This document shows, in pieces, positions 35,035 to 47,581 of a DNA stretch of 64,000 nt. The first letter of the stretch is position 1. Every line of letters starts with the position of its first letter. A program made the position numbers and the translations under genes. Location of the stretch: positions 62,001 through 126,000 of the forward strand of contig JAKMXF010000364.1 in NCBI GenBank assembly GCA_024704765.1, given 5' to 3'. The DNA is from Oopsacas minuta (taxonomy: Eukaryota > Animalia > Porifera). The notes beneath the pieces are model-generated. The model had not been told where the DNA came from, made no database searches, and was given only the letters and a program-made list of their open reading frames with translations.

Positions 35035-36300
35035 CACGGTGGGAAACATGGCTGATTAGGGTAAAAATTTCATATTCAAAGCTCCAAGAAAGTCGTATTT
35101 CTGAATTCATCATAGTTGGAAACACATAATTATGTATTTTGATGCAGAATTTTCGCTTGCTCATGACTGTGCTATGAGCAGATAGTGAAGTGAAAATTCT
35201 CTTGATATCAGGAATGTTATTAATTCTAATAATAGCTACTTTCAAAGTAATTTTCCATGGTTAGTTGGAATGGGACATAACCGTTTTGTATATAATGTAA
35301 TCAATATAGCTTTTCTATAATCATAGAAAATGTTTGCGTACATTCTGTTACAAAATGCTTTATAAAGACCATTATTACCGAACTACTAAATATAGAATAT
35401 GTTAGATTGAACGAATTAGAAACTGGGCCAAACTATTTTCGAGGGCACTCGAGGCCGAATGGTTTTATGGCTGAAACAGTTAGAGAAGATGTTTGCCTTC
35501 AAGATTTTACTAGTTATAGGATAGCAAAACGTAGCAATCGTGACCATAACACCAACGAAAGAATGCGAAACCTTCTGGAGGAATTTTAAAGTTAATTTTT
35601 TATGTGATAATTAGCTAATTTGAAGATTGAAATGCACTAATGTAATCGAAATAACAAATAATATTATCTAGAATTAACTTTTATCCTGAAATCAGAGCAT
35701 TTCAAGGGTGCATGTTGAAATATTTATGGACAAAGGCCAAATATCCTTGCATTCCTTTTTCAATGTCTGATGAAATTTTATCACCCATCAATTTATCTCC
35801 CATGCCCTCTTCATAGTTATTTGTGTGTCTTACGCTGTCTCATACTATTGATATATCATTTGGATGGCGGAATGAAGAAAGGCTGCTTTCACATCATCAA
35901 GTTAAAACTATGTACCGATTGAGTAATCTCACGCTTGAGAAGACTGCGTTTCAAATAGATTATCCATTCGGTGAATACGGTACCTCTACCACTGGTAATA
36001 TAGCAAGAAAATGTTTTCTCAATGAAAAATATTTTATTGCTTCTGCTACATCCACGATGATTGAAGAAGACCGACTTACTCTTAACACTATTCAAACAAA
36101 TCTCTCAGTAATATTGCGGGTTTATAATTCTCATAAAAGGATAGACATTGATAAACTCTACTCCAATTGCAAAGATACTTATGAGGAAAACCTTGTAAAT
36201 TTCCTTGGGAAAGCATTACACCGTCTCTTCGTAAAATATTTACGCATTCTTCAGAATTAATCAGTGGATTAAATGACGGTTTCGGATTGAAGTTTCAGTT
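35035..36300 (+). pseudogene. RAG1-like copy D: candidate 5' TIR plus internally deleted transposase fragment (~35770-36300)
   Basis: CACGGTG GGAAACATGG... at 35035. CPLHSYLCVLR..LIYHLDGG, YGTSTTGNIARKCF, ITPSLRKIFTH. Confidence 0.75.
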
Positions 36301-36315
36301 TTCAAAGCTTGCTTA

Positions 36316-36552
36316 TACCAAATTCTTGTGACTATCCCTCAGACGTCTTGCAAGGTTGAGCGAATGTTCTCATCTGTTAAGAGAATAAAAACTCATTTGC
36401 GCTCACAAATGAGCACTGTACGTCTCAACCATCTTGCCCTGTTATCTATTGAAAAAGATATTGCAGAAACACTTTGCTATAATCATGTGATTGAACATTT
36501 TAAGTAGATGAAGCACCGCCGCTTTCTTTTGTAATGTCAAATACTACCCCTG
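36316..36552 (+). pseudogene. hAT C-terminal dimerization-domain fragment
   Basis: ILVTIPQTSCKVERMFSSVKRIKTHLRSQMSTVRLNHLALLSIE. Confidence 0.75.
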
Positions 36553-36965
36553 AAATGAGTTTAGTATCTTAATAAATGCTCTTACTATATGGCAGTCTAG
36601 TGCTCTCTAGCTTAGTAATCTGGTACTTGATGAATTAAAAAGGTATACATGTAAGAAAAGGAGACTGGGTCGTACTTGTTATACACAAGTAATTAACTTT
36701 TCAAAAATATTTATCCCTACAATTGCCCTCCCGAAATACCTCTTGGGCCCCTCAATTTCTTGCTCTAGTACGTGCCTGTTTCTGGGTGTTACTAGGATCC
36801 TGAGTGAGATATTGCAAGATGTACTAACAGACGTTAGATCAGCAGTAGATGTAGTAGAGAGCATTAAAGCAGAGTTTGAAGAGTGGGATGCAGATGCAGA
36901 GCCTTGGATTTGGACCAAGTTAGGAGATTTGTTAACACAAATCTAGGAATACTATTACAATAATA

Positions 36966-38275
36966 CAGGGTGGCTGTCAGGTTCTGATACAAAGGATTTT
37001 CTCCATTATAGTTTCACTACTTGGAATATAATGTTAATATTGCATATACGACTATTTACTACTGTTATGATTCAATTACTAAAATAGTTAATCTATATAT
37101 CCTCCTTTTATGGAAATTACAGCTTTGAGTCTGGTATGGAACTTTCCACTACGATACGCAGGGTTTCCTGGAGGTATTTCTCCCATTCGTGACACAAATA
37201 CTTTTTCAGGGACTTTATAGTGCTGTGTGAAACCGAACAAGCCCTATTCTTCAAGATGGACCAAAGAGAATAGTCCATTGGATTTAAATCGGGACTATAT
37301 GGAGGCCATTCTTCCTTTCGGATAAAATCGGGGGGTTTGCCCTCTAACCAGTCCTGTGTGGTAATCGCCGTATGAGCAGGAGCATCATCTCGTTGGAAAA
37401 CAAATGGCTGTCCGGAAAACATTGTCTGGCTCAGATCTTTTATAACACCTCTAGGATCAAGTCCTTGTAAGTTTTCGCGTTGATTTTCACTCCAGCAGGT
37501 ACGAAAATCAATGGCGTGCGGCCAACAGCAGAGACACCAGCCCAAATCATCACTGAGAGAGGTTTCATTTTCCGACTGATGTACCTAAACTTATCAGGGA
37601 TGTCTGAGCTAGCTGTAGAGATCACACGATCATTTTGAACATTCGTAGCCTCAGCTATAGTGAAAATCTTTTCATCTGCAAAGATGATATTTTCGAGTCC
37701 GCCGGTAGCGTGTCTTGCAAGTACGCCTTGCTTCTCAATAATCGTTTTGTCTTGACTAACTCTGAGAAGAACTGTACTTTCTTTCTTTGAAAACAACGCA
37801 TTTTCAAGTCACGGTGTACCACTTTTTGGACAGTTTGACGTACAACTTTCAACTCCTAGGCCATTTTTCTCATGGATAACCGTGGATTTCGCCGATTCCG
37901 TTCTCTCACCCTCTCCTTGAGGGCTGCGGTTCTCACAGAACAAGGACGACCAGATCTTGGTTTGTCGTTTGTGTCCCCAGTTTCATTGTAACGTTTCATT
38001 GTCCAGTAGATGAATGCTCTCCGTCCTTTAGCAATATTTAACATTTTTAAAATCTCAGGAGGGCTTTTTTCCGCCGGGTATAATTCAACAATTACTAATC
38101 TCTCATGACTCATGGTCAATAGTATAAATTTTTGTGAAAATTGTAGGCTAAATCGAATATGAATACATTAAGAAGGTTATATGAAAAGTCTTAGATAGTC
38201 AAAATACTGTAAATACATTACGATCAAGGTTATATTGTAATTGAATTTTTGTATCAGAACTTAGCAGCCACCCTG
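36966..38275 (-). mobile_element. Tc1/mariner DD37D (maT-type) element, frameshifted transposase
   Basis: TIR CAGGGTGGCTG(TC/CT)A(G/A)GTTCTGATACAAA, flanked by TA and CA. IIFADEKIF, QRDDAPAH, SPDLNPMDY. Sister family of 2593-3906. Confidence 0.9.
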
Positions 38276-39009
38276 CATAGCTAGACCGCTATTATTTATG
38301 AAATAATTTAGCCTCAAACAAAGTTCTGAACAACTATTCGATTTCTGTTCAATACCTATATTCGGAAATATTCAGTTTGTCGATCACTAGTAAGTAGATT
38401 TAAATGTTAATGTTCTTACCTTTCAAGAGCATGTATCACAGTAAAAAGAAGCTTTCCATACGGTCTGAATGTCTACGTCAGCACAATAGCAATGAACCTA
38501 TTCTGAGCAGTTGTCACATTGTACCCAATCTGATTGATTCTTTCCAAGTTTCCTCTAGTTCACAGATTCTGGTTCTTTCTTGTTGCATATACTGCACAGA
38601 GTATCGGACTAATCAGAGATGTTGGTTGTGCTAGAAGAGCGTGTAGAAACAGGAGAAACGCCAAGAAATCCCTCCACGCTTGAATAAGAACTGTTGATTT
38701 ACACCACCTAACGTAATTACTTTAGTCTCAACTAAAATTCAGGTACAAATAATCTACTAAGTTCCTATACGTCTGTACAGAGCAACAGATATAGACGAAA
38801 TCTGGTACGGTTAGCCATTGGGAGTAAGTATGTATATACCAGGCTTGCCCACTGTTCCAATTGTTTTTGAATTCCATAGCAATTAATATAGCGAGATACC
38901 ATTGACTTCTAAAACTTAATTGACACAATATACCAGTAACTTCTAAGTCTAAGACTCAATATTGGTTTATATAGAACAAGGGTCCGGATGAAATTTAACC
39001 CGGACCTGA

Positions 39010-39410
39010 TAGTTCTATAAAATGACTGAGGCGAATAGTATATTTGAAAACAATAGTTGAGATGAATTAAATGTGAACACATTCATGTGTTGTTAATGGT
39101 ACGTCTTTTGGAGCAATAACGAAGAAACTATGAATGTTATGGCTCTCAACTTTATGCCAAAAGTTCCGTAATAGTCAACTTCCTATTCTCTAATATTATG
39201 TTTCATTTGATTTCAGTTAATACATGAGATAGTTTGACATTTTTTCATATATTTTATGACTATCATCAATATAACAATTGTCAAAATATCTCAAAAAGTA
39301 TGAACAAAAAGCAAATGAACTGTATAATTAGTGAATAGGAAGTTAATTATTACAGAACTACTGGGAAACATTCAAATATACTATTCGCCTTTGTCATTAT
39401 ATAAAACTGT
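39010..39410. mobile_element. Foldback MITE-like element, unclassified
   Basis: IR agttctataaaatgactgaggcgaatagtatatttgaa / ttcaaatatactattcgcctttgtcattatataaaact, plus an inner IR (cttcctattc / gaataggaag). Confidence 0.5.
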
Positions 39411-40595
39411 CAATCACTAAAACCACTGAGAACATGGTTTGAACAGTTTGAAAAGCAGCATTTTTTGTTCAAAAATAGCTCTTGCGAAACCACATGATGA
39501 GAAATCATATTTCACAATAGAAATATATACTTCGCAATTATATCCTTAATTAATTAATACATACCTCTGTTCCAAAACATATATTCCTGGAGATATGTGA
39601 CAAAAATGCATTTCCCCTTGGCCTTCTAGTTTTCAAGCCTTCTCGGTGACAGATACAATGTTATATTATAAGTAGGCCGTAGGCCATGCTACGCCATTTA
39701 GTATGTTAGTTAGGTCACGGGTCCCCGAACACGAACATTTGGCTGCATGACAGCGAATAGAGGCATTATGAAGGAAAAAATTATGTACACCCATAACCTT
39801 AGAAAATCCAATTATTCATTATTTAGACTACGGATATGGATATAGAAAATGGAACTGAGCTAATGCTCCGAAGCTAAGTTTAAGAATTAACTACTGTAGA
39901 ATATATTTTGACTTTTCCTGAAATGGCCATGCAATATGTAGACTAGTATCCAATTATTCAATTACAGATGATACCCTAAGCAAGAAGCTACTTAAAAAGG
40001 ACTACTAAAGGAGAAACGAAGTATCAGTCTTATATTTAACAAAATTCTTGATATTTTGGCCGCTTTGGAGGTCGTGTCTTATTACCTCTCTTAGAATGAA
40101 AATTTGTAATGTCAAGTTAAAACGAGTAGTATTTACTATTTGTTCATTCATTAGCTTAGAGTTAGACCAAAGGATTCTTCATGCATGCTAATATTGTTGC
40201 CAGGCAAAGTCTTCAAAAATATTTCTATTCTTATTATAGGCACTTGAGTTTATATATATATACATTATGATTTGTTATTTGATGACTATTAAAAGTTGCA
40301 TGTATTATTCTTATATTCGAGATTCGTAGAAATTAGACATCAAAGCATAAATATGTGATTTTTAATTGCCAATGGTTATGCATTATTATGACTTTCTTAA
40401 CCGCTACTAAAGGATTGTCAATAAGTCACTTTATTATAATCCTTAAGGGTAAAAGAGATGCTATACGCATATAATTCTGTATCATATGTGCATTACTTAG
40501 ACAGGAATAATATTACAAAAGGGCTATTATTAGCTACAGCCCTATGACGTCATAACATGACTTAGTGCAGCCCTATAGATAATCTAATGAATTGC

Positions 40596-42394
40596 GGACA
40601 ATTTGTCGCATGGACAATTCGTCGCGGACAACTCGTCTCGTGGACAATTCGTCGGGCGGAAAAAGGAAAAAAATTAAGATAGTAAGCAGTAAATGGAAAT
40701 GATACTTATGATACTTAGTATATGATGTAAATATTAAAAATCAAAATTATATGCTATCTCTCAAAGATATTCGATGGTTTCGCAATTATCATATTTGATA
40801 ACTATGTTCTATATCCTTTCTTCATGTTCCACACTCGATTTTGATCGCTGCCCTTCAGATTTCCTCCTTCCCACTTTGCATAAATTGCCTCTTGAAGTGA
40901 TTGCTCTTTTTGCAAAATTCTTAAGAGTTTTATGAAATCTGGGTGTGGATGACCCTTGCCATGACTAAAAGCATTGTGCCAACCTTCAACGCTATTATTT
41001 TTTCGAGGGATTCGATCCATCATTCTTTGATGCATGTTCCATACTCTGATAGGAAAAGGTGGCGTCCTACGAGACTATTTGGTAGCTATTTTCCAATATA
41101 GTTGTCTTCAATTATTTTGCAACTGTCTTCCCAGATTGAGGATATTCATGCATCAAGATGTTAAAACAATCAATAACATCGCTCTCAGGCACGAAAGCCA
41201 GGCAGGGTAACATCTTCAGCTTCAAAGCTAAATCCCTATCTTGTTGATGCGCCGTAGCTAATCCATTAGCTTGAATTCTCCGATAAATGCTCTGTTTTAA
41301 GTGGAAGAAACATCCATAGACACATGCAAGGAAAGTATTTTCCAATGCATTTATCGCGGCCTTATCGAAATCCACCATTATGGGTGTAGGATTTAATTCG
41401 GACTCTAGTTGGAGCAGTTTGGAGAGCATTCTTTCATAGGTCTCTTCAGTCTTAGCCTGAAATAAAGCATAAACACAAGGGAATATATATCCATCTCTTT
41501 GTGCATGGATAGTGTAAAGTTGAAAGAAATGTTCTGGAGCAACTTTATATGTACCATCACAGTGCCAGTTGATACTTTCTTTAAGTTTAGATAAAAACTT
41601 TGAAGTTCCAAAGAGAATCATTCTGTGATCATCGCCTTCTCCTGAATCAAATAATAGGAAGCTTTCATCATTGAGTGTAAATTTAAATCTATCTGGAATT
41701 ATTATTTCAGCGCAAGAACTTGGGTTTCCATAAAATTCTTCTTCTCTTCTCTTACACCTCCTAATAGTTCTCTTGACAGAGTCAAGCGTTGGTAATTTGT
41801 TAATGGATTCTGCTGTCATTCCTTCTACTGAAGTTGCAAGGAGATTTCGGGTACTTAATTCAGAATTTCGAGCTATTCCTTTGAGGTTCGTATACCCTCT
41901 TAGCATCTCGACACGAGTTATATCAGAACTATGCGAATGCTCACTTGGTATTATTGAAGGATTTGTAGGTTTGACTAATTGATTATTACTTGTGTGTAGC
42001 CTCGCTTTGCAGATTCCGCGCTTTTCACACACCCAGTATTCGATATCGTGAGATTTTCAATTCAAAGTATAAATAAAACCTTGAATGCTTGCTTTATCTT
42101 TATTTATTTCACTCGGAATCCTCTCAATCGAACACGAAGAGGTTAAGGAAGTAGCCATAGTTTCTTGGTAGTAGTAAGACTTTTTAAATCCCCATTATTG
42201 GCTGATTTTTATACTATTTTGATCATGTTACAATAGACAACATACCAACCAGTTGACAATGCCAAACTTCAAGAGTGGGATATAAACAATTTACCTTTCA
42301 CAACCTCAATCAATACTTCTTATGAAACAAAGGCTAAATAGCGAAGTCATCAACAGCGACAAATTGTCCATGCGACGAATTGTCCCTTTACCCC
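40596..42394 (-). mobile_element. MULE (Mutator-like) FLYWCH-DDE transposon, pseudogenised (CDS ~42158 to ~40720)
   Basis: YWVCEKRGICKARLH...HSH (FLYWCH), WHCDGTYKVAP, IMVDFD, GCFFHLKQS, NNSVEGWHN. Terminal GGACAATT(C/T)GTCGC repeats are inverted at the two ends. Confidence 0.88.
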
Positions 42395-42396
42395 AA

Positions 42397-42435
42397 ATAC
42401 CTATTCCGCCATTTTTGTGCATTCTCCCCACTGTG
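42397..42435 (-). repeat. Orphan RAG1-like-element TIR (end E)
   Basis: Minus strand reads CACAGTG GGGAGAATGCACAAAAATGGCGG AATAGGTAT. The MULE abuts it. Confidence 0.75.
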
Positions 42436-45400
42436 TTATGTGATCTCGAATATTAGAGATAATCAAAAATTGCGTTATGTATATATATTTGTACCCACAT
42501 TTTTTGGATAATTCTTCATGGTAGTTTTCACACCATCCCATGACATTTAAACCCTACTAGTGAAATTATGTATATGAGAAACACGTAATAGTTTACACTC
42601 TATATATTGATATTACCGCACTACCCTGTTGATTTCGATGATTTTTGGTGCATTTTAGTATATTCTACTTTCAGAAGACTAGTATGGCCTCTACAAATTG
42701 TCACCGTCCTGAAAATGTGTTGAGAATATGGTGACACAGCAAAGGGCGAGATATTGCTTACGTCATATCTAACAAAACATACATCTATTTTCGAAATCTG
42801 AATATTTTCCTCAAGTAATATTTTGGCAGCATTTCAGTATGAATTTTGGAGTTTCTCCGAAAAACTCGTGTTTTTGTGAAAATTTCATACACTTTCCACT
42901 GTAAAAACACCGTTAATCTTATGAACTCATTTACCTTTACTTATCTTTTAATTTCAACTTTCTTGATATTTATTCTTCTTCTTTCTTATATCTTTGTCAT
43001 TATTTTGTTATTGCTCACCTTTGATCTTCTAGACTTGCTGTAATATATATAGCTGTATTCCATTCTGAGAATTCGTCCTAATTCTGTTTTCTGATTAATT
43101 TCCGTGTTTGACTATCCCCTCTCAACTGGTAGGCTTTATTGAATATAGCATCTTATTTGATATAGACATTTCATTGATATCTTAACCGACAAATCTGTGC
43201 CCCCAACAATCTCACTATCCATGTTTCTAGTAACAACTACATTTATCTAAATCATTGATGTTATTTTTGCCTCAATTCTTATTTATTCCTTCCTCCATTC
43301 GATCCTTTTCAAGATGTTCTTGGGGATTACCTCCGAAACCTGGATTATCAATGAATATTGTGGGTTCTATCAGGAAACTGAAACGTATCCCAATAAGGGA
43401 TAAATATTCCAGACTTAACTCGAAGCGTGGTAATACTTTTTTGCAAAAGGCAATGGAATTTAATACAATTCCTTTGCCTTCACTTTCAAAATCTTATGCA
43501 ACTATCTGGCTCCCGGATATTTTGAATGATGTACATCCCACTTTTTTAGAACATTTTGAGATAATCCCTTCACATTTTATTCCTCCTCTACGAGAGCGAG
43601 GTTTCTTTTCAAGATTCTTCTTTTTCCTGAATAATATATTCCAGCATACTATTATTCGAATTCGTCTCTGGTTCTCAAAGGAAAAGCTACTCACTTGCGA
43701 GTACGCTAAAGTTCTCTTTAAAAATCTTCTTTCAAATATTAGTAATTCTGATTATTCAAGCTTGGATCAAATTTGTTCACTTTCTTTGATTCCCCACTTG
43801 AAAAACTTGTACTTCTCCAATGGGTATGTTTAATTTCAGTGATTATTATCATTTGCATACACGTTTTTATAAGGAACCTATGCAAATATTTGCTAAAATT
43901 CAGGAATTCTTAGGGTCTTCTCAGCTCTAGATTATTTGATATGTTTAAGTGCACATGAACAACTTTGATTAATTCAACTTCGTCTGTTTCTTCCTCGGGC
44001 CTCATTGAAGTTAATTTATAATTAAGTAAATACTCAAGTAACTGAATACTGTGAATAGTTATCAAAGAATCGAAAGTAGCAAAATTGAATTGAGAAATAA
44101 TTCAGGCTGAAACTCAATGGTAATTAATGTTCACTCATACATGGAAAACAATTTATATTTCAACTCTACCTACAACATAATTGAATTTGTTAAAATGGAA
44201 ATTATTAATATCAGGCAGTAACTGAAATTTGTTCAGATCAAGAGGAGTTTCTCCTTGATTGATTTCCTAAATTTTCGCTCGATTTGGGAAAATTCAAACA
44301 CCACTCAATGAAAACACCATACGATGTTACATAAGACCCATACAGTCGACTCTGATTAATTGGGACGCCGAATAATTGTGATAACCACTAAATTGAGACA
44401 CTTCAGGTACCAAATCATATCCATCAAAATTACCACTAAATTTTGGTTAATCGGAGAAACTCAGGTTAATTTGGCCAAATGTATATTCTCACAAATATCT
44501 TTTCGACCATTCTAAAAAATGGATATGAACGTCTTTGAAAATAGATTGATATTTTGAGAAATTTTGTTTTTATACTAGAAATAGGTGCATCTATCTAGCA
44601 GTTTTTCGCATATTTATATAGTATTCATAAAATCATTAGCATGGACTTCTGCTGTATGGACAATTTTTGTGTTTTATGTATGATGTTAATATAATCAAAG
44701 CTTTTTGAAATTTTTTGACTTGAAAACCGGTTTGAGTCGAGTCTTTATTAGAGTTGTGTACTAAGCACACGAATGTGATGCAACATTCTACTCCATTCTA
44801 ACTATAGTAACGCATGTGGATAACTGGCAGTATCAACTGTTTGATGTAATAGGAAATGATTTGGGAACCTAAATATAGGACATGGTAACAGCTTGAGCTC
44901 TCGTAGCACTAAAATAGAACATAAAATGCTATTTGCGCCGTACTCACCAGAAGCGTGCCATGATAAATATTACTTTTGTTATAGCAATTAATTATTGCAC
45001 ATCTAGCACTCGTTCTGATGAGACGGAAATAATATATAAGGGGACAAAGGAAGTTGCGTTTGAAAATTAATCACAAGTAATGAAACTATTTGATTCCATT
45101 GAAAGTAAGTTTAATTCTAACATGTCAATAGAATCCCAATTCCTTTATTATATATATATAGACAGAATTTAGATATCTTGTTCTAAAAGAGCTGCCCTTC
45201 TTCGAATAATCCCACCCTGATGGGACCTCGAAATGTATAACTATATTTGGCCCTGCGTACTATTCGAGAAATTCGTATTGAAAATTTACAATAAACCATA
45301 GTCAATATGACTTAATTGATGAAAGATGATATGTAACTAATTCAAGAAGTTTACTCTTCAGCAGCAGTCTTTTGTATTTAAATTTAGAAATCTCGTTTGA

Positions 45401-47560
45401 TAGCTTGCCCAAAGTGGCACATAAAACTGACTGTTCATCACACTCCTGCATTTTTATGACATGTCTCCTCTTCTAAATGTTCAACCACACCCTAGTGCAA
45501 CTTTGTGCCAATTTGATGTATTTACCCTATTTGTTTATATAATCTTCCAATGTGATGCTAACATCCCTAACTATATGAAGATGGATATGAGTCCAACTCT
45601 ACACTTAACTATATTGAGGAGTTTAGCCAAACAAACCAGCGATGCTCATTTCTTGGCCCTTAATGTAATAGTAAAACTAATTCAAACCCTTATTATTAAG
45701 TTTTTATGTACGATGCAAAGCGATCGCTTAAGCAAAGTTTGGAATCTACTAGGTGTTTAACGGGGGACCTGTCAAGCTTACATTTTTAGTCTCAAACTCC
45801 TAAGAATCAAACCTTTTGACCGAATTTGTATTTCTGAGTCTGTTGTCCATTACAATCGAAAGTGTTGTTCTTCGGAATTGACAGAGGAATTAGTTAGACT
45901 AATTGATACCTGTTTTCTGATATTACTCCTCTTAGTGAGTGAGAAATCTTCTGTGCACTATATCTCAGTATTGGGCTCTTAAACAGGGAGTATTGAAACT
46001 GAAATATTACACTCAACAATTGAAGATTATTCTCTATCCGAATTTACAGAGTTGTTGTTCCCGAGCTCTTTATGTTATCCACCAATCGATTTATTTGAAT
46101 GGGCCTTTGTCTATTTGTAAATTTCAAATCTCTACTAAACAGACCGTGAACAACGAATGTATTTAAGTACTTTCGTGATGTGCGCAGGTATATTTTGGTA
46201 TCATACCAGAGTCGGTCCCAAATATATATCCTATTTGTAACAAAACTCTCAAGATTGGCTATCAAATAGTATTATTCACCTACATGATCTCACTCTCAAA
46301 TTATTTCAATCCAAGTTTTCTTATCTCTAGTCTTGGTCGAACTAGATTTTCCATCAAAATTGGACTGACACCGGATAAAAAGCATTAAAAACCAGCACAT
46401 TTACGAAATATATTTCAGTACGATTAAATCTTAATGGATTTCATTGAAATCGTGAATATGATTTAATACGGTATATATGACGTAAATGTAGTAAGAGACG
46501 TGTGTTTTTAGACAAAATGGGCAACTAATGCACACTGGTATGACACAGCACAAATTAGATGATTGATATGCCGACCTAGTAGTCATGGTATAAATTGTAT
46601 TGTAATTCATATTTGTAACATCATGGACTCCTTCTAAGATTATAGCATGTCTAGATGTCCCGAATCCTGGCTCTCCCAATATTCAATTATAGTAACAATA
46701 CAATTTCTCTTCACAATATACAATGTATAACATCTCAAATGTATTCTATACTATTCAGAGGCAATTAATCTGTATATTTATATATAAATATATATATATA
46801 TGTGTGTATTTCCAGAATTGAATAAAGAAACTGGAAGATCTTCAGGTCTGATTTTGGGCATACAGGAATATTGTGTAACTTATCCTTTCAGTCATGTTTA
46901 TATCCCACTTGGTACATTGTGTATTTCCATTTTGAAATTTATTTGCCTATTTTGAAATGTTTATGGACGTCCAAACTTTACCTAGGAAATATTTTGAAGA
47001 TTTGTATGCTTTGTAGAGCTATCTATTGATTACTCGAATATTCTTAGTTTAAATTTACTTCCATGACTAAATTATTGAGTTAAATGTATACATTCTCAAT
47101 TGTTAAGACCAGTTAGTCAGTTTGGACCTAGAACTGTATATTTAAGAATTAAGAATGTCAATATTAATCAACAAGCGTCTTTCAACACTGATTAATTTAT
47201 TTCGTTTTCTACGACCTTAATACTTTTGATATCCTTCCACTTTATTGTATTCAACTTAATTTCTTCCACTAATTTTCTTCATTACAACAGTCCTACGTAA
47301 ACTAGCGAAGGGCGAGGTCAATATTAGGAAATTGTCGATTCTCATATTCAATAAGAATAAGCCAAACACTCGTGCTCCTCTCTACTTAAAATAGAAACCA
47401 TATCGCATTCATTTTCAACCTGGTAGGTAACAGACCTAATTCCCGTACTGATACATTACAATTGGGTGTAGAACACTTTAGTACCAGGTTAGATTCAGAT
47501 AGTATTTCCTTAAGAGTTTTGATCCTAGTGATAGTAGTAGTCAATTAGCCACAGATTTAA

Positions 47561-47581
47561 TGTGTGTGTGCGTGTGTGTGT
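47561..47581. repeat. (TG)n microsatellite
   Basis: tgtgtgtgtgcgtgtgtgtgt. Confidence 0.9.

Noticed and set aside
34416-36960. RAG2-like (kelch/PHD) gene convergent with the RAG1-like ORF
   Set aside because: Only ~300 bp lie between the stop and the 3' TIR. The minus-strand ORFs beyond it (e.g. 34877-35245) show no kelch GG or PHD pattern and overlap terminal repeats.
41558-41564. CACAGTG as another RSS-like end
   Set aside because: It lies within the MULE catalytic codons (WHCDG on the minus strand) and has no 9-mer 23 nt away, so it is a chance match.
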